From Spirochaetia bacterium (lineage in GTDB: Bacteria; Spirochaetota; Spirochaetia; DSM-16054; Sediminispirochaetaceae), in the NCBI GenBank assembly GCA_021736475.1, contig JAIPFV010000003.1:4724-68723 (forward strand): 64,000 nucleotides of DNA, read 5' to 3'. A program made the translations under genes and the position numbers. The notes beneath the pieces are model-generated. The model did not search any database, was not told the DNA's origin, and was given only the letters and a program-made list of their open reading frames with translations. Shown here piece after piece: positions 10,093-20,672 of this stretch (its first letter is position 1; each line of letters opens with the position of its first letter).

Positions 10093-10933
10093 GGGATTGG
10101 CTGTAAGACAAAAGCCGGGAAAACAAAGGCCGGGAAAACCGGCGGCCGCCAACAGGAATAATTTAGGCCGGTGGCGCAGCCACATTTTGTTTTTAGCGGC
10201 GGTGCTGGCGGTCTGGGAGCTGACCGCCCGTTTTAGCGGGGTCTCGCCCCTGCTGCTGCCGCCGCTGAGCCGGGTGATGGGCTCCTTTTGGAGCGACCTG
10301 GGCAGCGGAGTTCTGGGACAGCGGATCGGCTTCTCTCTGCTGATCATCTTCCAGGGGGTGGCCCTGGGTGCCGCCGGGGCGCTGCTGTTGAGTGGGGCGG
10401 TGTGGAGCGGCGGCCGGGCAGCGGCGCGGGTGGTCGATTCGCTGGTGGCCTTTTTGCATCCCCTGCCGGGTATTGCCCTGCTGCCCCTGGTAATTTTGTG
10501 GGCCGGAACCGGCCGCACGGCGGTGCTGCTGATTATCGTTCATTCGGTTATCTGGCCCCTGACCACCAACCTCACCGGAGGCATCCGCGGGGTACCCGAA
10601 CACCTGTACGATGTCAGCCGCAACTACCGGCTGGGTCATCTGCAGATGATGACCCACCTCATTCTGCCTTCTACCCTGCCGTATCTGATCGCCGGGCTGC
10701 GGATAGGCTGGGCCAGAGCCTGGCGGGCGCTAATTGCCGCGGAGATGGTCTTTGGCGCGGCCGGCGGCCGGGGCGGACTGGGCTGGTACCTGTTTCAGCA
10801 GCGGGTGTTTATGGATACCGAGGGGCTGTTCGCCGGAATCCTGGTGATCATGATCATCGGCGTGCTGTTCGAAGAGCTGCTCTTTGAGTCCCTCGAGCGC
10901 AGCACCGTCCGCAAGTGGGGCATGAGCCGGTGA
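10082..10933 (+). CDS. ABC transporter permease (SsuC/TauC-type)
   Basis: Polytopic; EAA-loop-like 'ARAWRALIAAEMVFGAAGG.GGLGW'; overlaps flanking ABC genes. Confidence 0.8.
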   Translation: MTIKGLAVRQKPGKQRPGKPAAANRNNLGRWRSHILFLAAVLAVWELTARFSGVSPLLLPPLSRVMGSFWSDLGSGVLGQRIGFSLLIIFQGVALGAAGALLLSGAVWSGGRAAARVVDSLVAFLHPLPGIALLPLVILWAGTGRTAVLLIIVHSVIWPLTTNLTGGIRGVPEHLYDVSRNYRLGHLQMMTHLILPSTLPYLIAGLRIGWARAWRALIAAEMVFGAAGGRGGLGWYLFQQRVFMDTEGLFAGILVIMIIGVLFEELLFESLERSTVRKWGMSR

Positions 10934-11751
10934 GTGAAGCGAATAAAGCGAGCAAAGCGAACCAACCAGCAGGCGGGTTTCCGCTGCTGCTGGCCGAGCA
11001 GGTTTCATTCGGCTACCTTCACAAACCCCAAGAATCAGATTTGACCGCAGCGCCGGTAATTCATAATTTCTCGCTTTCCGCCGCCGCCGGCGATTTTATT
11101 GCGGTGGTGGGGCCTTCGGGCTGCGGTAAAACAACCCTGCTCAAACTGTTAGGCGGTTTCCTGCACCCCGATGAAGGGCGGGTCCTGTGGCGCGGTGAGC
11201 CCCTGGGCAGTCCCGACCCCAGCCGGGTGATGGTGTTTCAGGAGTTTGATCAGCTGTTTCCGTGGAAACGGGTATGGGCGAATGTGGAATTTTCTCTTAA
11301 GCACAGCCTTAAGCACAGCTTTGAACAAGGCCAGAGGCAGGTTCACAGCCAGAGGGTAGCGGAGATGCTGCAGCAGGTGGGCCTCTACGAGGCACGCAGG
11401 CAGTTTCCATATCAGCTCTCCGGGGGGATGAAGCAGCGCACCGCCCTGGCGCGGGCGCTGGTCTGCCGCCCGGATATGCTGCTGATGGACGAGCCCTTCG
11501 GCAGCCTGGATGCCCAGAAGCGTGAGGAGCTGCAGTGGCTGCTGCTTCGGATGTGGCAGCAGCACCGTTTTGCCGCCCTCTTTGTCACCCATGACATCAG
11601 CGAGGCCCTGTTTCTGGCCGACCGTATTGTGGTGCTGCCCCGGCCGGGCAGCGCAGAGCACACCGAGATTGCGGTTGATCTTCCGCGCCCCCGCGAGCGC
11701 AGCGCCCCCGAGTTCCGCGAGTATTACCGCCGGATCTACGGGCTGCTATGA
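10915..11751 (+). CDS. ABC transporter ATP-binding protein (SsuB/TauB-type)
   Basis: Walker A 'GPSGCGKTT', signature 'LSGGMKQRTALARAL', Walker B 'LLMDEPFGSLD', H-loop 'VTHD'. Confidence 0.9.
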   Translation: MGHEPVSEANKASKANQPAGGFPLLLAEQVSFGYLHKPQESDLTAAPVIHNFSLSAAAGDFIAVVGPSGCGKTTLLKLLGGFLHPDEGRVLWRGEPLGSPDPSRVMVFQEFDQLFPWKRVWANVEFSLKHSLKHSFEQGQRQVHSQRVAEMLQQVGLYEARRQFPYQLSGGMKQRTALARALVCRPDMLLMDEPFGSLDAQKREELQWLLLRMWQQHRFAALFVTHDISEALFLADRIVVLPRPGSAEHTEIAVDLPRPRERSAPEFREYYRRIYGLL

Positions 11752-11790
11752 AGCCTTGTTCAAACCCTATGGGCTGTTATGAAAAACGAG

Positions 11791-12765
11791 CTATGAGCGT
11801 ATTGACCGTTCAAAGCCGCGCAGCTCTTGCGGCAGCCCCTCGTCTTTAGTCACTTGCGCGAACAGGACCGAAGCCAGGCCTAACAGCTGCTCCCGTTGGG
11901 ATTCATCCACGGGTATGTGAAAAAACCGCCCCTTAGGAATGAGCGCAGCAAGCTTGGGGTAGTGCTCTTGCTCGTGAATTTTGTCCTGCACCCCGTTCAT
12001 CACCAGTACCTCTTGTTGGATATGAGGCATTGAGCGGTACAAATCCGCATCCTGCACCTGAATCCCCGAGCGCTTCCACTTCCAAAGAGTAGCGTTATCA
12101 ACAAACAACTCGGCCCGCCGGCGCTGGGTCGGCTCGTTCATACCCTTCAAGGCTATGCGTTTGCCCACCGGCCTAATCAGATTCCACAGCCACAGAGGAA
12201 TGAGGGGAACCACCCACTTCAGCAGCCACTTGGGAAACCAGAGGCTGTGCATGGGATCGAACAGCACCACCGTCGGCGCCGAGAGTATCCGTCGGGCTAA
12301 GCCGTGGGCAAGAATAGTCGAGCCCCAGCAGGTTGCTATCAATGCAAAATCACGCAGTTCCCCCGTATCGGCCGACTGCAGTTCGGTCTGCAGCACCTTC
12401 TGCACATCCCGGGCCAGCTGGTCCATCCCCAGCTGAGCCTTGCGTCGGTCCAGGCGGCTGCTGTTCTTTTCCCGGGTCTCGATGTAATAGCACTCAATCC
12501 GGCCGTTTACCACATCAAAGAAATCTTTGAACCCCTCGGGAATGGTACCCCAGCCGGATACAAATACTACCGGACGGCGGCCAACGGGATTTTTCGGAAG
12601 GTGATGAAACACACGAATCTCCCCGTCTTCAACCGGAAAGTAGTACTCTTTCGTACAGTCGGGATGAAAGAAATCATCTTCCCTTCGAGGCGGGTAGCTC
12701 TCAAACAGCTCTGTCACACGCCGCTGCTCTTCAGCAGAAGTCGCATATATGTCTTCTAAATTCAT
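11791..12765 (-). CDS. Hypothetical protein, alpha/beta-hydrolase-fold-like
   Basis: 324-aa ORF with good coding appearance; 'PVVFVSGWGT' and later 'ATCWGSTILAHG' resemble oxyanion/nucleophile-elbow regions. Weak call. Confidence 0.45.
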   Translation of the reverse strand: MNLEDIYATSAEEQRRVTELFESYPPRREDDFFHPDCTKEYYFPVEDGEIRVFHHLPKNPVGRRPVVFVSGWGTIPEGFKDFFDVVNGRIECYYIETREKNSSRLDRRKAQLGMDQLARDVQKVLQTELQSADTGELRDFALIATCWGSTILAHGLARRILSAPTVVLFDPMHSLWFPKWLLKWVVPLIPLWLWNLIRPVGKRIALKGMNEPTQRRRAELFVDNATLWKWKRSGIQVQDADLYRSMPHIQQEVLVMNGVQDKIHEQEHYPKLAALIPKGRFFHIPVDESQREQLLGLASVLFAQVTKDEGLPQELRGFERSIRS

Positions 12766-12859
12766 GGAATAAAAAATACCATACTTAACGGCTTTGGGGT
12801 ATATTAAAAAAAACGATGTGCTACAATTATAATTACTTTTCTATTTCCTGGAGGTGCCC

Positions 12860-14314
12860 ATGAATTTTCCGTGGAAGCTGTTGGTTGACCTTGGAATAAT
12901 CTCCGCCGCCCTGCTGCTGGCGACCTATCTGCGGGTGAAAATACGGTTCTTCCAGAAGTATTTAATTCCCAATGCCCTTACCGCCGGCTTTCTCCTGCTG
13001 CCATTTTACAATTTCGCAGCTCCCCATTTTAATCTTACGACGGCCGGATTGGGAGCGATGGTCTACCATCTGCTCAGCATCTCCTTTATCGCCATGACCC
13101 TGCGCAGAAACCCCGAGAAAAAGGCTCCGGAAAACGAGGGGCCGGCACCCCAGGGCGGTGACCGGCACGGCCTCTTCGGCACCGTAACCGTGGTGGTCTT
13201 TCAATACGGCATGCAGGCCAGTGTCGGCCTGCTGCTCACCTTTTTCTTTATCAGCACCTTTATTCCCGACCTCTTCCCTGCCATGGGCTTTTTTATTCCC
13301 CTGGGCTTTGCCCTGGGACCGGGGCAGGCGTATGCCATCGGCGAGGGCTGGGGCGCCTTCGGCCTGGTCGACGGCGGAAGCGTGGGTCTTACCTTTGCGG
13401 CTATCGGCTTTCTGTTTGCCTGCTTTGGCGGGGTGTGGCTTATAAACTACGGAATCCGCAAGGACTGGATTTCCGCCGACAAAAAGCAGATTATCCAGAA
13501 CCAGGGGGTCCGCACCGGAGTGTACTCGCGCAGCCAAAAAAGGAAGCTGGGGATGTACCTGACCACCGAGGCCGAGGCGATCGACTCGCTCAGCTACACC
13601 GCCGCTCTGGTGTTTCTGGTGTACTTTGTCAGTTATCTCTTTCTCAAGCTGCTGAGCTATCTGCTGGGCCTCATCGGCCCCCTGGGCGAGGAGCTGGCGG
13701 TTAACCTGTGGGGTATCAATTTCGTGTTTGCCGCCCTGGCGGCCATCCTGGCAAAAAAGCTCATCGGGCGCCTGGACATCCAGTTTACCGTCGATAACCA
13801 CGCCCTCACCCGCATCGCCGGCCTGTCGGTGGACCTGATGGTAGCCTCTGCAGTGGGTGCCATCTCCCTTGTGGTGGTTGCACGCTACTGGCTGCCCATC
13901 ACCGTCATGAGCCTTATCGGCGGCACCCTGGTGCTGCTCACCGTTCCCTATCTCTGTTCCCGCATATTTGACGACAACCGTTTCGACCGACTCATGATCA
14001 TCTTCGGCGGTGTTACCGGCACCATGCCCACCGGCCTGGCCCTGCTGCGGGTAATTGACCCCGACTTCGAAACCCCTGCGGCGGCGGACTACATGTTCTC
14101 GGCGGCGGTGGTTTTTGTAATCCTGATTCCCTTTATCCTGGCAATCAACCTGCCCGCCTACAGCTACACCACGGGCAACCCACTCTATTTCTGGGTCGCC
14201 CTGGGCATCGCCCTTACCTATTTTCTGCTGGGGATAATCGGCTTTATCCTGCTGGCTAAAAAGCGGGCCTTCCGCTCCCCCCACAGGCAGTGGCTGTTTC
14301 AGGACAGCCGCTAG
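12860..14314 (+). CDS. gltS: Sodium/glutamate symporter (GltS/ESS family)-like transporter
   Basis: ATG at 12860 after a GGAGG RBS; 'FFQKYLIPNALTAGFLLL' N-terminal and 'GGVTGTMPTGLALLRVIDP' C-terminal regions resemble GltS. Confidence 0.65.
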   Translation: MNFPWKLLVDLGIISAALLLATYLRVKIRFFQKYLIPNALTAGFLLLPFYNFAAPHFNLTTAGLGAMVYHLLSISFIAMTLRRNPEKKAPENEGPAPQGGDRHGLFGTVTVVVFQYGMQASVGLLLTFFFISTFIPDLFPAMGFFIPLGFALGPGQAYAIGEGWGAFGLVDGGSVGLTFAAIGFLFACFGGVWLINYGIRKDWISADKKQIIQNQGVRTGVYSRSQKRKLGMYLTTEAEAIDSLSYTAALVFLVYFVSYLFLKLLSYLLGLIGPLGEELAVNLWGINFVFAALAAILAKKLIGRLDIQFTVDNHALTRIAGLSVDLMVASAVGAISLVVVARYWLPITVMSLIGGTLVLLTVPYLCSRIFDDNRFDRLMIIFGGVTGTMPTGLALLRVIDPDFETPAAADYMFSAAVVFVILIPFILAINLPAYSYTTGNPLYFWVALGIALTYFLLGIIGFILLAKKRAFRSPHRQWLFQDSR

Positions 14315-14857
14315 GCTCAGCAGCCTGCTGGTCACACAGCCATGTTTCGGAATGGGCGGGGGAGGTCCCCCGCGCTCCATAGCCGCTGGGCCGTCCCCGG
14401 CCGTTCCCGGCCGGGCCTGTGGCCCCGACGCCTCGCCACTTATCCGGCTCCGCTCCTCCGCTCCGCCGGGTGGCTCGGGCGGCTATTCCGCTCCCCCCTT
14501 CGCATTAGCCCAGTCTCAGCGGCTCTTCCTACCTCATCTATCTTGCTAACGTCTATGAAGGCGGGGAAGGGGAAAAATTCGAAGAGCTTGACTACGAATA
14601 TGCAAACGATAGATTCTCCATACCCTTTGGCGAGGTCCTCGATACCGGAGAACTCATAACCCTCGACCTCGCTTTCTGCGATGAAGGGCTCTGTGGATTT
14701 ATGAGTGTCGGTGATAAGAAAAATGAATTGCGCCTTGCAAAACAAGAATAAGAAATGAAAGTTTCACCGGAATAAATAGCAAAGACAGACCCATCACTAA
14801 AGACGTCTAAAGACCTTATTATGTGATGGGTCAGCTATGCTTCACCCGCCAGCCTTA

Positions 14858-15577
14858 TTAGTGGTTCCAGGTAAGGCCGCCGCGCAGTCCAATCCGTGGC
14901 GGCGACATTTCCCCATACTTTTCTGAATCTAATGATGGTACTGGCAGCACTGTAATACCCAAGCGAGTCACAAATCTGAGGTTTTTCCCTAAAGGCAGGC
15001 CGCCCTCGATTCCGAGCTCGAATATAGGTCCTACAGGTTCATCAGCGAGATCATCTACCAGGTTGCTTTCATCCTCATTCTCATCATTGTTAATTATAAG
15101 GTCGGCACCGCCGGCAGCTATACCCGCCCCTATCTCGAAACCGAACACCGGGCTGTAATCACCTGTGCCCAGGGAAAAGCGGTAGCCGTGTTTCAGCATT
15201 AAAAAGCCGGAGGCTGCCATCATGCTTTCGACGGTGCCTGGTACAGTCTCTACACCGTCATCGAACGGAAATTGATCTCCTCCAAGATAAAAATTGGCCA
15301 ACAGTCCAATCTCATACCCGTAGTAAAAACCGCCGCTGCGCGGCACGTTCAGGCCGTTGAAGTGGCGTATATCAATTCCCGGCATCAGCAAAGTCTCACT
15401 TTGATCTCTATCAGGGCCATACTTAAGCTCAAAGAAGCCCATAGTGAGGCCGTAGGAAGGTGAGGCTATCCGCTTCTTCCAGTTCTCTTCTTCAGTTTCC
15501 TCGGACTGTCCGAACACCAGCCCTGCTGTTCCTCCAAGAAAACATACGCCCAATAATAATAAAACAATTCTCCGCAT
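14858..15577 (-). CDS. Outer-membrane beta-barrel protein (unknown function)
   Basis: Signal peptide 'MRRIVLLLLGVCFLGGTAGLVFGQ', alternating hydrophobic beta-strand pattern rich in G/Y, C-terminal 'GLRGGLTWNH'. Confidence 0.55.
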   Translation of the reverse strand: MRRIVLLLLGVCFLGGTAGLVFGQSEETEEENWKKRIASPSYGLTMGFFELKYGPDRDQSETLLMPGIDIRHFNGLNVPRSGGFYYGYEIGLLANFYLGGDQFPFDDGVETVPGTVESMMAASGFLMLKHGYRFSLGTGDYSPVFGFEIGAGIAAGGADLIINNDENEDESNLVDDLADEPVGPIFELGIEGGLPLGKNLRFVTRLGITVLPVPSLDSEKYGEMSPPRIGLRGGLTWNH

Positions 15578-16221
15578 GATTCTGCTCCTTTTCTATAGAT
15601 TGATATTTCCCACTAAGACAAGTATAGCACGAGCTTCCAATTACAAAAGATTAATTTAGCTATTGATTGAGCTCGAGGCCGGCACTTTCTACCTCAAACA
15701 GGTCATTTCCAAAATATCTTAAATACTCTTCCGCCATTAGACTGCGGGCGCTGTTATGCACACACACAAATAACACTCTGTCTTTACTTCCCATAACTGT
15801 ACTCTCTTTTCAAAGGTGGATACTGCCAGTGTGGCTTCAGGAAGGTTAGGCTTTGATGAGATTCCGGTAAGAATCGTGCTATTTAGATAAAATCATCACA
15901 CAATGCCTCAATTTTGGTTTATTAGAAAGCAATAATAGATGTATGATGAGTAAACCCAGTTTGGTTGGCCTTTCATGGTAGGGAATGTGAGTCTAAAAAA
16001 AATGTCAATACTAAAGCGACATTCTCGAAAGGCGATATTTTGTTCTTCGGAAAAATTTCAGGCTTATCGTGTGCGAATAGGACTCTATGAAACAAGAATA
16101 AAATTGATAAATTAAATTTATTGTTTTTATTGGTGTTTTTTTTATATTCAAGGGATAATTAAAGCAATTATCGTGACAGTTAATATTGAAGAAAGAAAAA
16201 CAATCTTTTACTTTATTATAC

Positions 16222-17559
16222 ATGAATGACAATTTTCATATATTAATTGTTGATGATGAAACCGAGATTCTCAGCAGTATAAAAAGGATGTTTCATACGT
16301 CAGCGTATGTTATCTATGGGGTGTCTACAGGGGAAGATGCACTGAACTTTCTTTGTACACATAAGGTGCATTTGGTGGTTTTGGATATGCGCTTGCCCGA
16401 GTCAGATGGTTTGAGTTTATTGGAAATTATCAAAATGAGACAGCCTGAAATAATTGTTCTCATCTTGACAGGATATGCAACTGTGCAGGATGCAGTTAGG
16501 GCTACTCACATCGGAGCGGCCGATTTTATCGAGAAACAGTATCTCAGTGAGCATCTACCCAAACGAATAGAACAGTTTCATCGACTGTGGTTGCTGGACA
16601 GAGAGAATGAACGGTTGCGCCAGGAACTTGCCGAGAAGCATAAACACGGCACTATAGCTGGTAATTCCACCGTAATGCTGAGCCTAAAGGAAACAATTTC
16701 CCGTATAGGTAAAACTGATACTTCGGTGCTGGTGATGGGAAAGACTGGTACCGGTAAAGAACTGGTTGCCCGTGAAATCCATTACCAGAGTCCTCGCGCT
16801 TCAGCTCCATTTGTAGCCGTAGATTGTGCGGCCATCAATGAATCTACCTTAGAGAGCGAGCTGTTCGGCCATGTAAAGGGAGCTTTTACCGGAGCACATG
16901 CTGTCCATGAAGGTCTTATACCAGCAGCCGATGGCGGAACTCTCTTTTTCGATGAGATAGGAGAGCTGCCGATTGCCGCCCAGGCTAAGCTGCTGAGATC
17001 TATACAGGAGCGAGAAATACGGCCGGTCGGAAGTACCAAGACCAAAGCTGTGGATATTCGAGTAGTAGCAGCTACAAACCGGAATCTTCAGGCTGAGGTG
17101 GAACAGGGTAATTTCAGGGAAGATCTTTTCTACCGATTGAATGTGATTGCTCTGGAGATTCCGCCGCTGCGCAAACGCGGTGACGATGTAATTCTTTTGT
17201 TCCGGTTCTTTCTGCGTCAGTTTTTCTTGAAGAGAGAAATGCCGCTAATAGATGTGGAAGTATTTGATATACTCAAGCAGTATTCATGGCCGGGGAATGT
17301 GCGCGAATTGCAGAATGTTGCCGGACATGTGGCCGCCTTTGCTCAGGGATCGAGAATTACACGCAGCGATGTGCCGGCAAAGTTGCTGGAAGCCACCGAG
17401 ATGAATAATCATTCCGAGCCGGTGACCATGGAAGACCAGGAACGCAGTGCTATTCTAAATGCATTGGCTTTGACCGGAGGAAACCGGAGAGCTGCGGCCA
17501 AAAAACTAAAAATTGGAGTTGCCACCCTTTACCGCAAGCTAAAAAAGTATAACATTTAA
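16222..17559 (+). CDS. Sigma-54-dependent response regulator (NtrC family EBP), REC-AAA+-HTH
   Basis: REC 'ILIVDDE...VLDMRLPESDG'; AAA+ '[15 protein letters not shown]', 'ESELFGHVKGAFTGA', '[11 protein letters not shown]'; C-terminal HTH 'RAAAKKLKIGVATLYRKLKKY'. ATG 16222 preferred over the TTG at 16186. Confidence 0.9.
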   Translation: MNDNFHILIVDDETEILSSIKRMFHTSAYVIYGVSTGEDALNFLCTHKVHLVVLDMRLPESDGLSLLEIIKMRQPEIIVLILTGYATVQDAVRATHIGAADFIEKQYLSEHLPKRIEQFHRLWLLDRENERLRQELAEKHKHGTIAGNSTVMLSLKETISRIGKTDTSVLVMGKTGTGKELVAREIHYQSPRASAPFVAVDCAAINESTLESELFGHVKGAFTGAHAVHEGLIPAADGGTLFFDEIGELPIAAQAKLLRSIQEREIRPVGSTKTKAVDIRVVAATNRNLQAEVEQGNFREDLFYRLNVIALEIPPLRKRGDDVILLFRFFLRQFFLKREMPLIDVEVFDILKQYSWPGNVRELQNVAGHVAAFAQGSRITRSDVPAKLLEATEMNNHSEPVTMEDQERSAILNALALTGGNRRAAAKKLKIGVATLYRKLKKYNI

Positions 17560-17565
17560 TAGAAA

Positions 17566-17580
17566 TGGCATGATATTTGC
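17566..17580 (+). promoter_or_regulatory. Sigma-54 (-24/-12) promoter candidate TGGCAT-N5-TTGC
   Basis: 'TGGCATGATATTTGC' lies 7 nt after the EBP stop and about 50 nt upstream of the REC gene at 17630. Confidence 0.6.
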
Positions 17581-17629
17581 TAATCATTATAGTCTCTACC
17601 GGACTAATGTAAAAATATAGGAGTACGAT

Positions 17630-18034
17630 ATGGAGAATAACGGCGGAGATAAAGTTCTCTTTGTTGACGATGAGAGGGAAATCCTACGGGCTTTGAAAAG
17701 ACGATTCCGCAAAGAAACTTTCAGTCTGTATACTGCCGGCGGCGGTGAGGAAGCTCTCGAATTCCTGAAAAACAATAATGTTCAGGTGATTATCAGTGAT
17801 GCCCGTATGGCCGGAATGAACGGTATCGAACTGCTCAGTGAGGTAAAGGGGATTAAACCTGATATTACCCGTATCATTTTTTCCGGTTATGTAGAAACTG
17901 AAGAACTTATGGACGCGATCAATAAGGCAGAAGTATTCCGCTTTATCGCAAAACCCTGGGATGAAGAGGAACTGCTCCGATTCATTTTTGAGGGTATTGA
18001 ACACTATTATTCAAAAAGGAGTACTGACAAATGA
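17630..18034 (+). CDS. Single-domain response regulator (CheY-like receiver)
   Basis: 'VLFVDDEREIL', 'IISDARMAGMNG', 'FIAKPWD' receiver signatures. Confidence 0.85.
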   Translation: MENNGGDKVLFVDDEREILRALKRRFRKETFSLYTAGGGEEALEFLKNNNVQVIISDARMAGMNGIELLSEVKGIKPDITRIIFSGYVETEELMDAINKAEVFRFIAKPWDEEELLRFIFEGIEHYYSKRSTDK

Positions 18035-18993
18035 ATGTAAAGTGTTGTACGGTGTTATCCTTATTGCTGTTTATTTTATTTATTTATACCGGCTGCTATA
18101 TGCAGAACGAACCAATTCGCATTGGTGTGAACAACTGGCCGCCCTGTGAGGTCTGGTATATAGCCGAAGCACAGGGTTTTTTTGGTGATGTTGAAGTGGA
18201 GCTTGAACGTTACTCTGCCTGGCGTGATAACATGAGCAATTTTTATAGAGGAAAAACCGACATTTCGCATGCTACCTATTTTAATGCCCTGTATTATACC
18301 AAAAAAGGAGTTTCAGCCAAGATAGTCATTACCGCCGACACTGTATTGGGTAGCGATGGGTTAGTTGTCGACCGGGCAATTGAGATGCCGGAAGGACTCA
18401 TCGGTAAAAAAATTGCGGTTGAAATTAACACTGACGAACATTTTCTGCTGAATAAAGCGCTTGAGGCATACGGATTAATGGAAGGTGATGTAATTTTAAT
18501 TCCTGCTACCAGTAAACAGGCAATGGAGCTGTTTGTGAACGGAGAAGTAGATGCCTGCTTTACCTATAATCCCTATCTGAATCAGGCCGCCGATTGGGGA
18601 AATGGCACTGTTGTATGGACGACTGAAGACGCGCCCGGCTATATGGAGGATGTGCTGGTAGTGAGCCAGGAAATGTTGAATGAACGTTGCAAAGAAGTAC
18701 AGGTTGTAATAGAAGCCTGGTTCAAGGCTCTCGAGTATATCAAGGCAAATCCCGATACTTCGTACGCACTTATGGCAAAAAATGAAAGGATGAGCCCGGA
18801 GGTTTTCGGGCCCTTCTTTAGTAGTTTTCATTTTTATTCCCCTGAGGAAAATATGAACATTTTCCGTTCGGAAGGATTTCTGCACCGCCTTAATGAGATT
18901 GGAAATTTTCTAGAAGAACATCATTCGAATAATGTTGAAATTGATATGAGTAAAGTCTATACCGATAAAATTATCTCCGGGATTGTGGAATAG
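18031..18993 (+). CDS. Periplasmic solute-binding lipoprotein, NMT1/SsuA-like (probable sensor partner)
   Basis: Lipobox 'IYTGC'; ATGA overlap with the upstream REC gene and 8 nt before the kinase gene. Confidence 0.65.
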   Translation: MNVKCCTVLSLLLFILFIYTGCYMQNEPIRIGVNNWPPCEVWYIAEAQGFFGDVEVELERYSAWRDNMSNFYRGKTDISHATYFNALYYTKKGVSAKIVITADTVLGSDGLVVDRAIEMPEGLIGKKIAVEINTDEHFLLNKALEAYGLMEGDVILIPATSKQAMELFVNGEVDACFTYNPYLNQAADWGNGTVVWTTEDAPGYMEDVLVVSQEMLNERCKEVQVVIEAWFKALEYIKANPDTSYALMAKNERMSPEVFGPFFSSFHFYSPEENMNIFRSEGFLHRLNEIGNFLEEHHSNNVEIDMSKVYTDKIISGIVE

Positions 18994-19001
18994 GAGATAC
19001 T

Positions 19002-20672
19002 ATGATGAGGAAGCTTACCGGTTCGCTGCGTTCTCGTTTCATGCTGTTTATCGGGATGTATGGAATAATCGTCGTGGTAATATTAATTCTTTTTTTTAGT
19101 ATTCATATTGAAAACATAGTAAGACGACAGGTCAAAGAGCAGGCGGCTATGGTAGCCTCATCTCTGGATTGGGCAATTGCCCCCTTGCTGAATTCCGGAT
19201 CGGTTATAGATATCCAGCGACTGTTGGAAAACATCGGCAGTTATCGGCAAATAGTGGCAGTACGGATATACGACTGGAAAGACAAAATAATCGCCTCGAG
19301 CGATTATTCTGATATAGGGAAACATGAGCCGATTGAGATTGTGCAGCGGGTTTTTGAAGGCCATCTGCTTTATGCCACGAACGAAGATTATGCTACCGGC
19401 CTGTATGCACGGGCTGTTCCCATCCGCAGCTCAGATTATTTACAGAGCCAGGGCAGCAATCTTACTCATGTTCTGTACCTGCAGTCGGATGTCACTTATA
19501 TGCAAAATACTCTGGGAGTATTGTTCAACGGAATGCTAGCCCAGAATGTAGGTCTGATAGTTCTGATGCTGCTTACGGCGTTCATCTTTTTTACCTACTG
19601 GGTCTTGAAGCCGTTGAGGCTTTTCATGGAGGCAACCCGCCACATGCAGAAAGGGGAATACCATCAGAAAGTGCAAATCAGCAGCCACGACGAGTTCGAG
19701 ACTTTCGCAAATATGTTCAACTCGATGGCTGAAGAGATCGAAGAAAAAAGGCTAAGTCTTAAGAATTACTCTGAAAAGCTGGAACTGATGGTGCAAGAGC
19801 GCACTCAGGAACTCTCTGATTCGGTGAAAAAGTTGCAAAAGGCAAATGAGACCATTCTGCAGCAGGAAAAGCTGGCGTCGATCGGGCAGTTGGCTGCCGG
19901 AGTAGCCCATGAAATCAACAACCCGGTTGGTTACATTATGAGTAATCTGTCTACTCTGCAGGAATATTTGCAGGTATTAACGCGTTTGTGTGAACAAGAG
20001 GAGACGCTTGAGCAGTCCGTGCTGAATGAAGATTTACCCGGCTCTAAATCCGTCATCAGCTCTATTCGTGATTACAAGCAGCGGGAAGACTATAACTTTA
20101 TTCTAGAAGACGTGGGCCCACTGCTGAAAGCCTCGCTCAGCGGTACGAAGCGGGTGCGCAACATTATTGCCGACCTAAAGGACTTCGCCCGCATGGACGA
20201 GGCCAAACTGGATTTCTGCAATGTCAACGATTCGATAGAAAAGGCGCTGCAGATAAGCTGGAACGAACTGAAGTACAAGAGCGAGGTAGTGAGAAATTTC
20301 GGCAATATACCGTTGATAGAGGCAAATCAAATGCAGCTGACCCAGGTGTTTATCAATATGCTGGTGAATGCCGCCCAAGCTATTGAATCACACGGGACGA
20401 TAACTATAGCTACCCGCAGAGAAGAAAATACAGTTGCGATTGCAATTAGCGATACTGGCCATGGAATGTCTCGTGAGGATATAAAGAGAATTTTTGATCC
20501 GTTTTTTACTAAAAAGAAGGTCGGGCGGGGAACCGGAATGGGGTTATCGATATCGCACGGTATTATTCAACGACACGGCGGCAGTATTCAGGTGGAGAGT
20601 GAACAGGGGAAGGGAACTACATTTATCACTCGTCTTCCCATAAGAGCTACAGAGGAGGGGGATAAGGAATGA
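19002..20672 (+). CDS. Membrane sensor histidine kinase (periplasmic domain-HAMP-HisKA-HATPase)
   Basis: Two TM segments, HAMP-like 'LKPLRLFMEATRHMQKGEY', H-box 'LAAGVAHEINNPVGYI', N/G boxes 'NMLVNAAQA', 'DTGHGMS', 'GRGTGMGLSISHGII'. Confidence 0.9.
   Translation: MMRKLTGSLRSRFMLFIGMYGIIVVVILILFFSIHIENIVRRQVKEQAAMVASSLDWAIAPLLNSGSVIDIQRLLENIGSYRQIVAVRIYDWKDKIIASSDYSDIGKHEPIEIVQRVFEGHLLYATNEDYATGLYARAVPIRSSDYLQSQGSNLTHVLYLQSDVTYMQNTLGVLFNGMLAQNVGLIVLMLLTAFIFFTYWVLKPLRLFMEATRHMQKGEYHQKVQISSHDEFETFANMFNSMAEEIEEKRLSLKNYSEKLELMVQERTQELSDSVKKLQKANETILQQEKLASIGQLAAGVAHEINNPVGYIMSNLSTLQEYLQVLTRLCEQEETLEQSVLNEDLPGSKSVISSIRDYKQREDYNFILEDVGPLLKASLSGTKRVRNIIADLKDFARMDEAKLDFCNVNDSIEKALQISWNELKYKSEVVRNFGNIPLIEANQMQLTQVFINMLVNAAQAIESHGTITIATRREENTVAIAISDTGHGMSREDIKRIFDPFFTKKKVGRGTGMGLSISHGIIQRHGGSIQVESEQGKGTTFITRLPIRATEEGDKE

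Noticed and set aside
12962-14380. 472-aa ORF antisense to the GltS-like transporter gene
   Set aside because: It is a mirror-frame artefact of a GC-rich membrane-protein gene. It has a low-complexity G/Q/H/D composition and no domain signature.
14320-14760. GC-rich ORFs 14342-14659 (+), 14352-14549 (+) and 14440-14745 (-) between the transporter and the OM protein gene
   Set aside because: They overlap each other, are low-complexity (Pro/Arg/Ser/Gly) and have no RBS or motifs. This is probably decayed or non-coding spacer. The long-loop inverted repeat GACCCATCAC...GTGATGGGTC (14788-14832) may be a terminator for the OM protein gene, but its 25-nt loop makes that uncertain.
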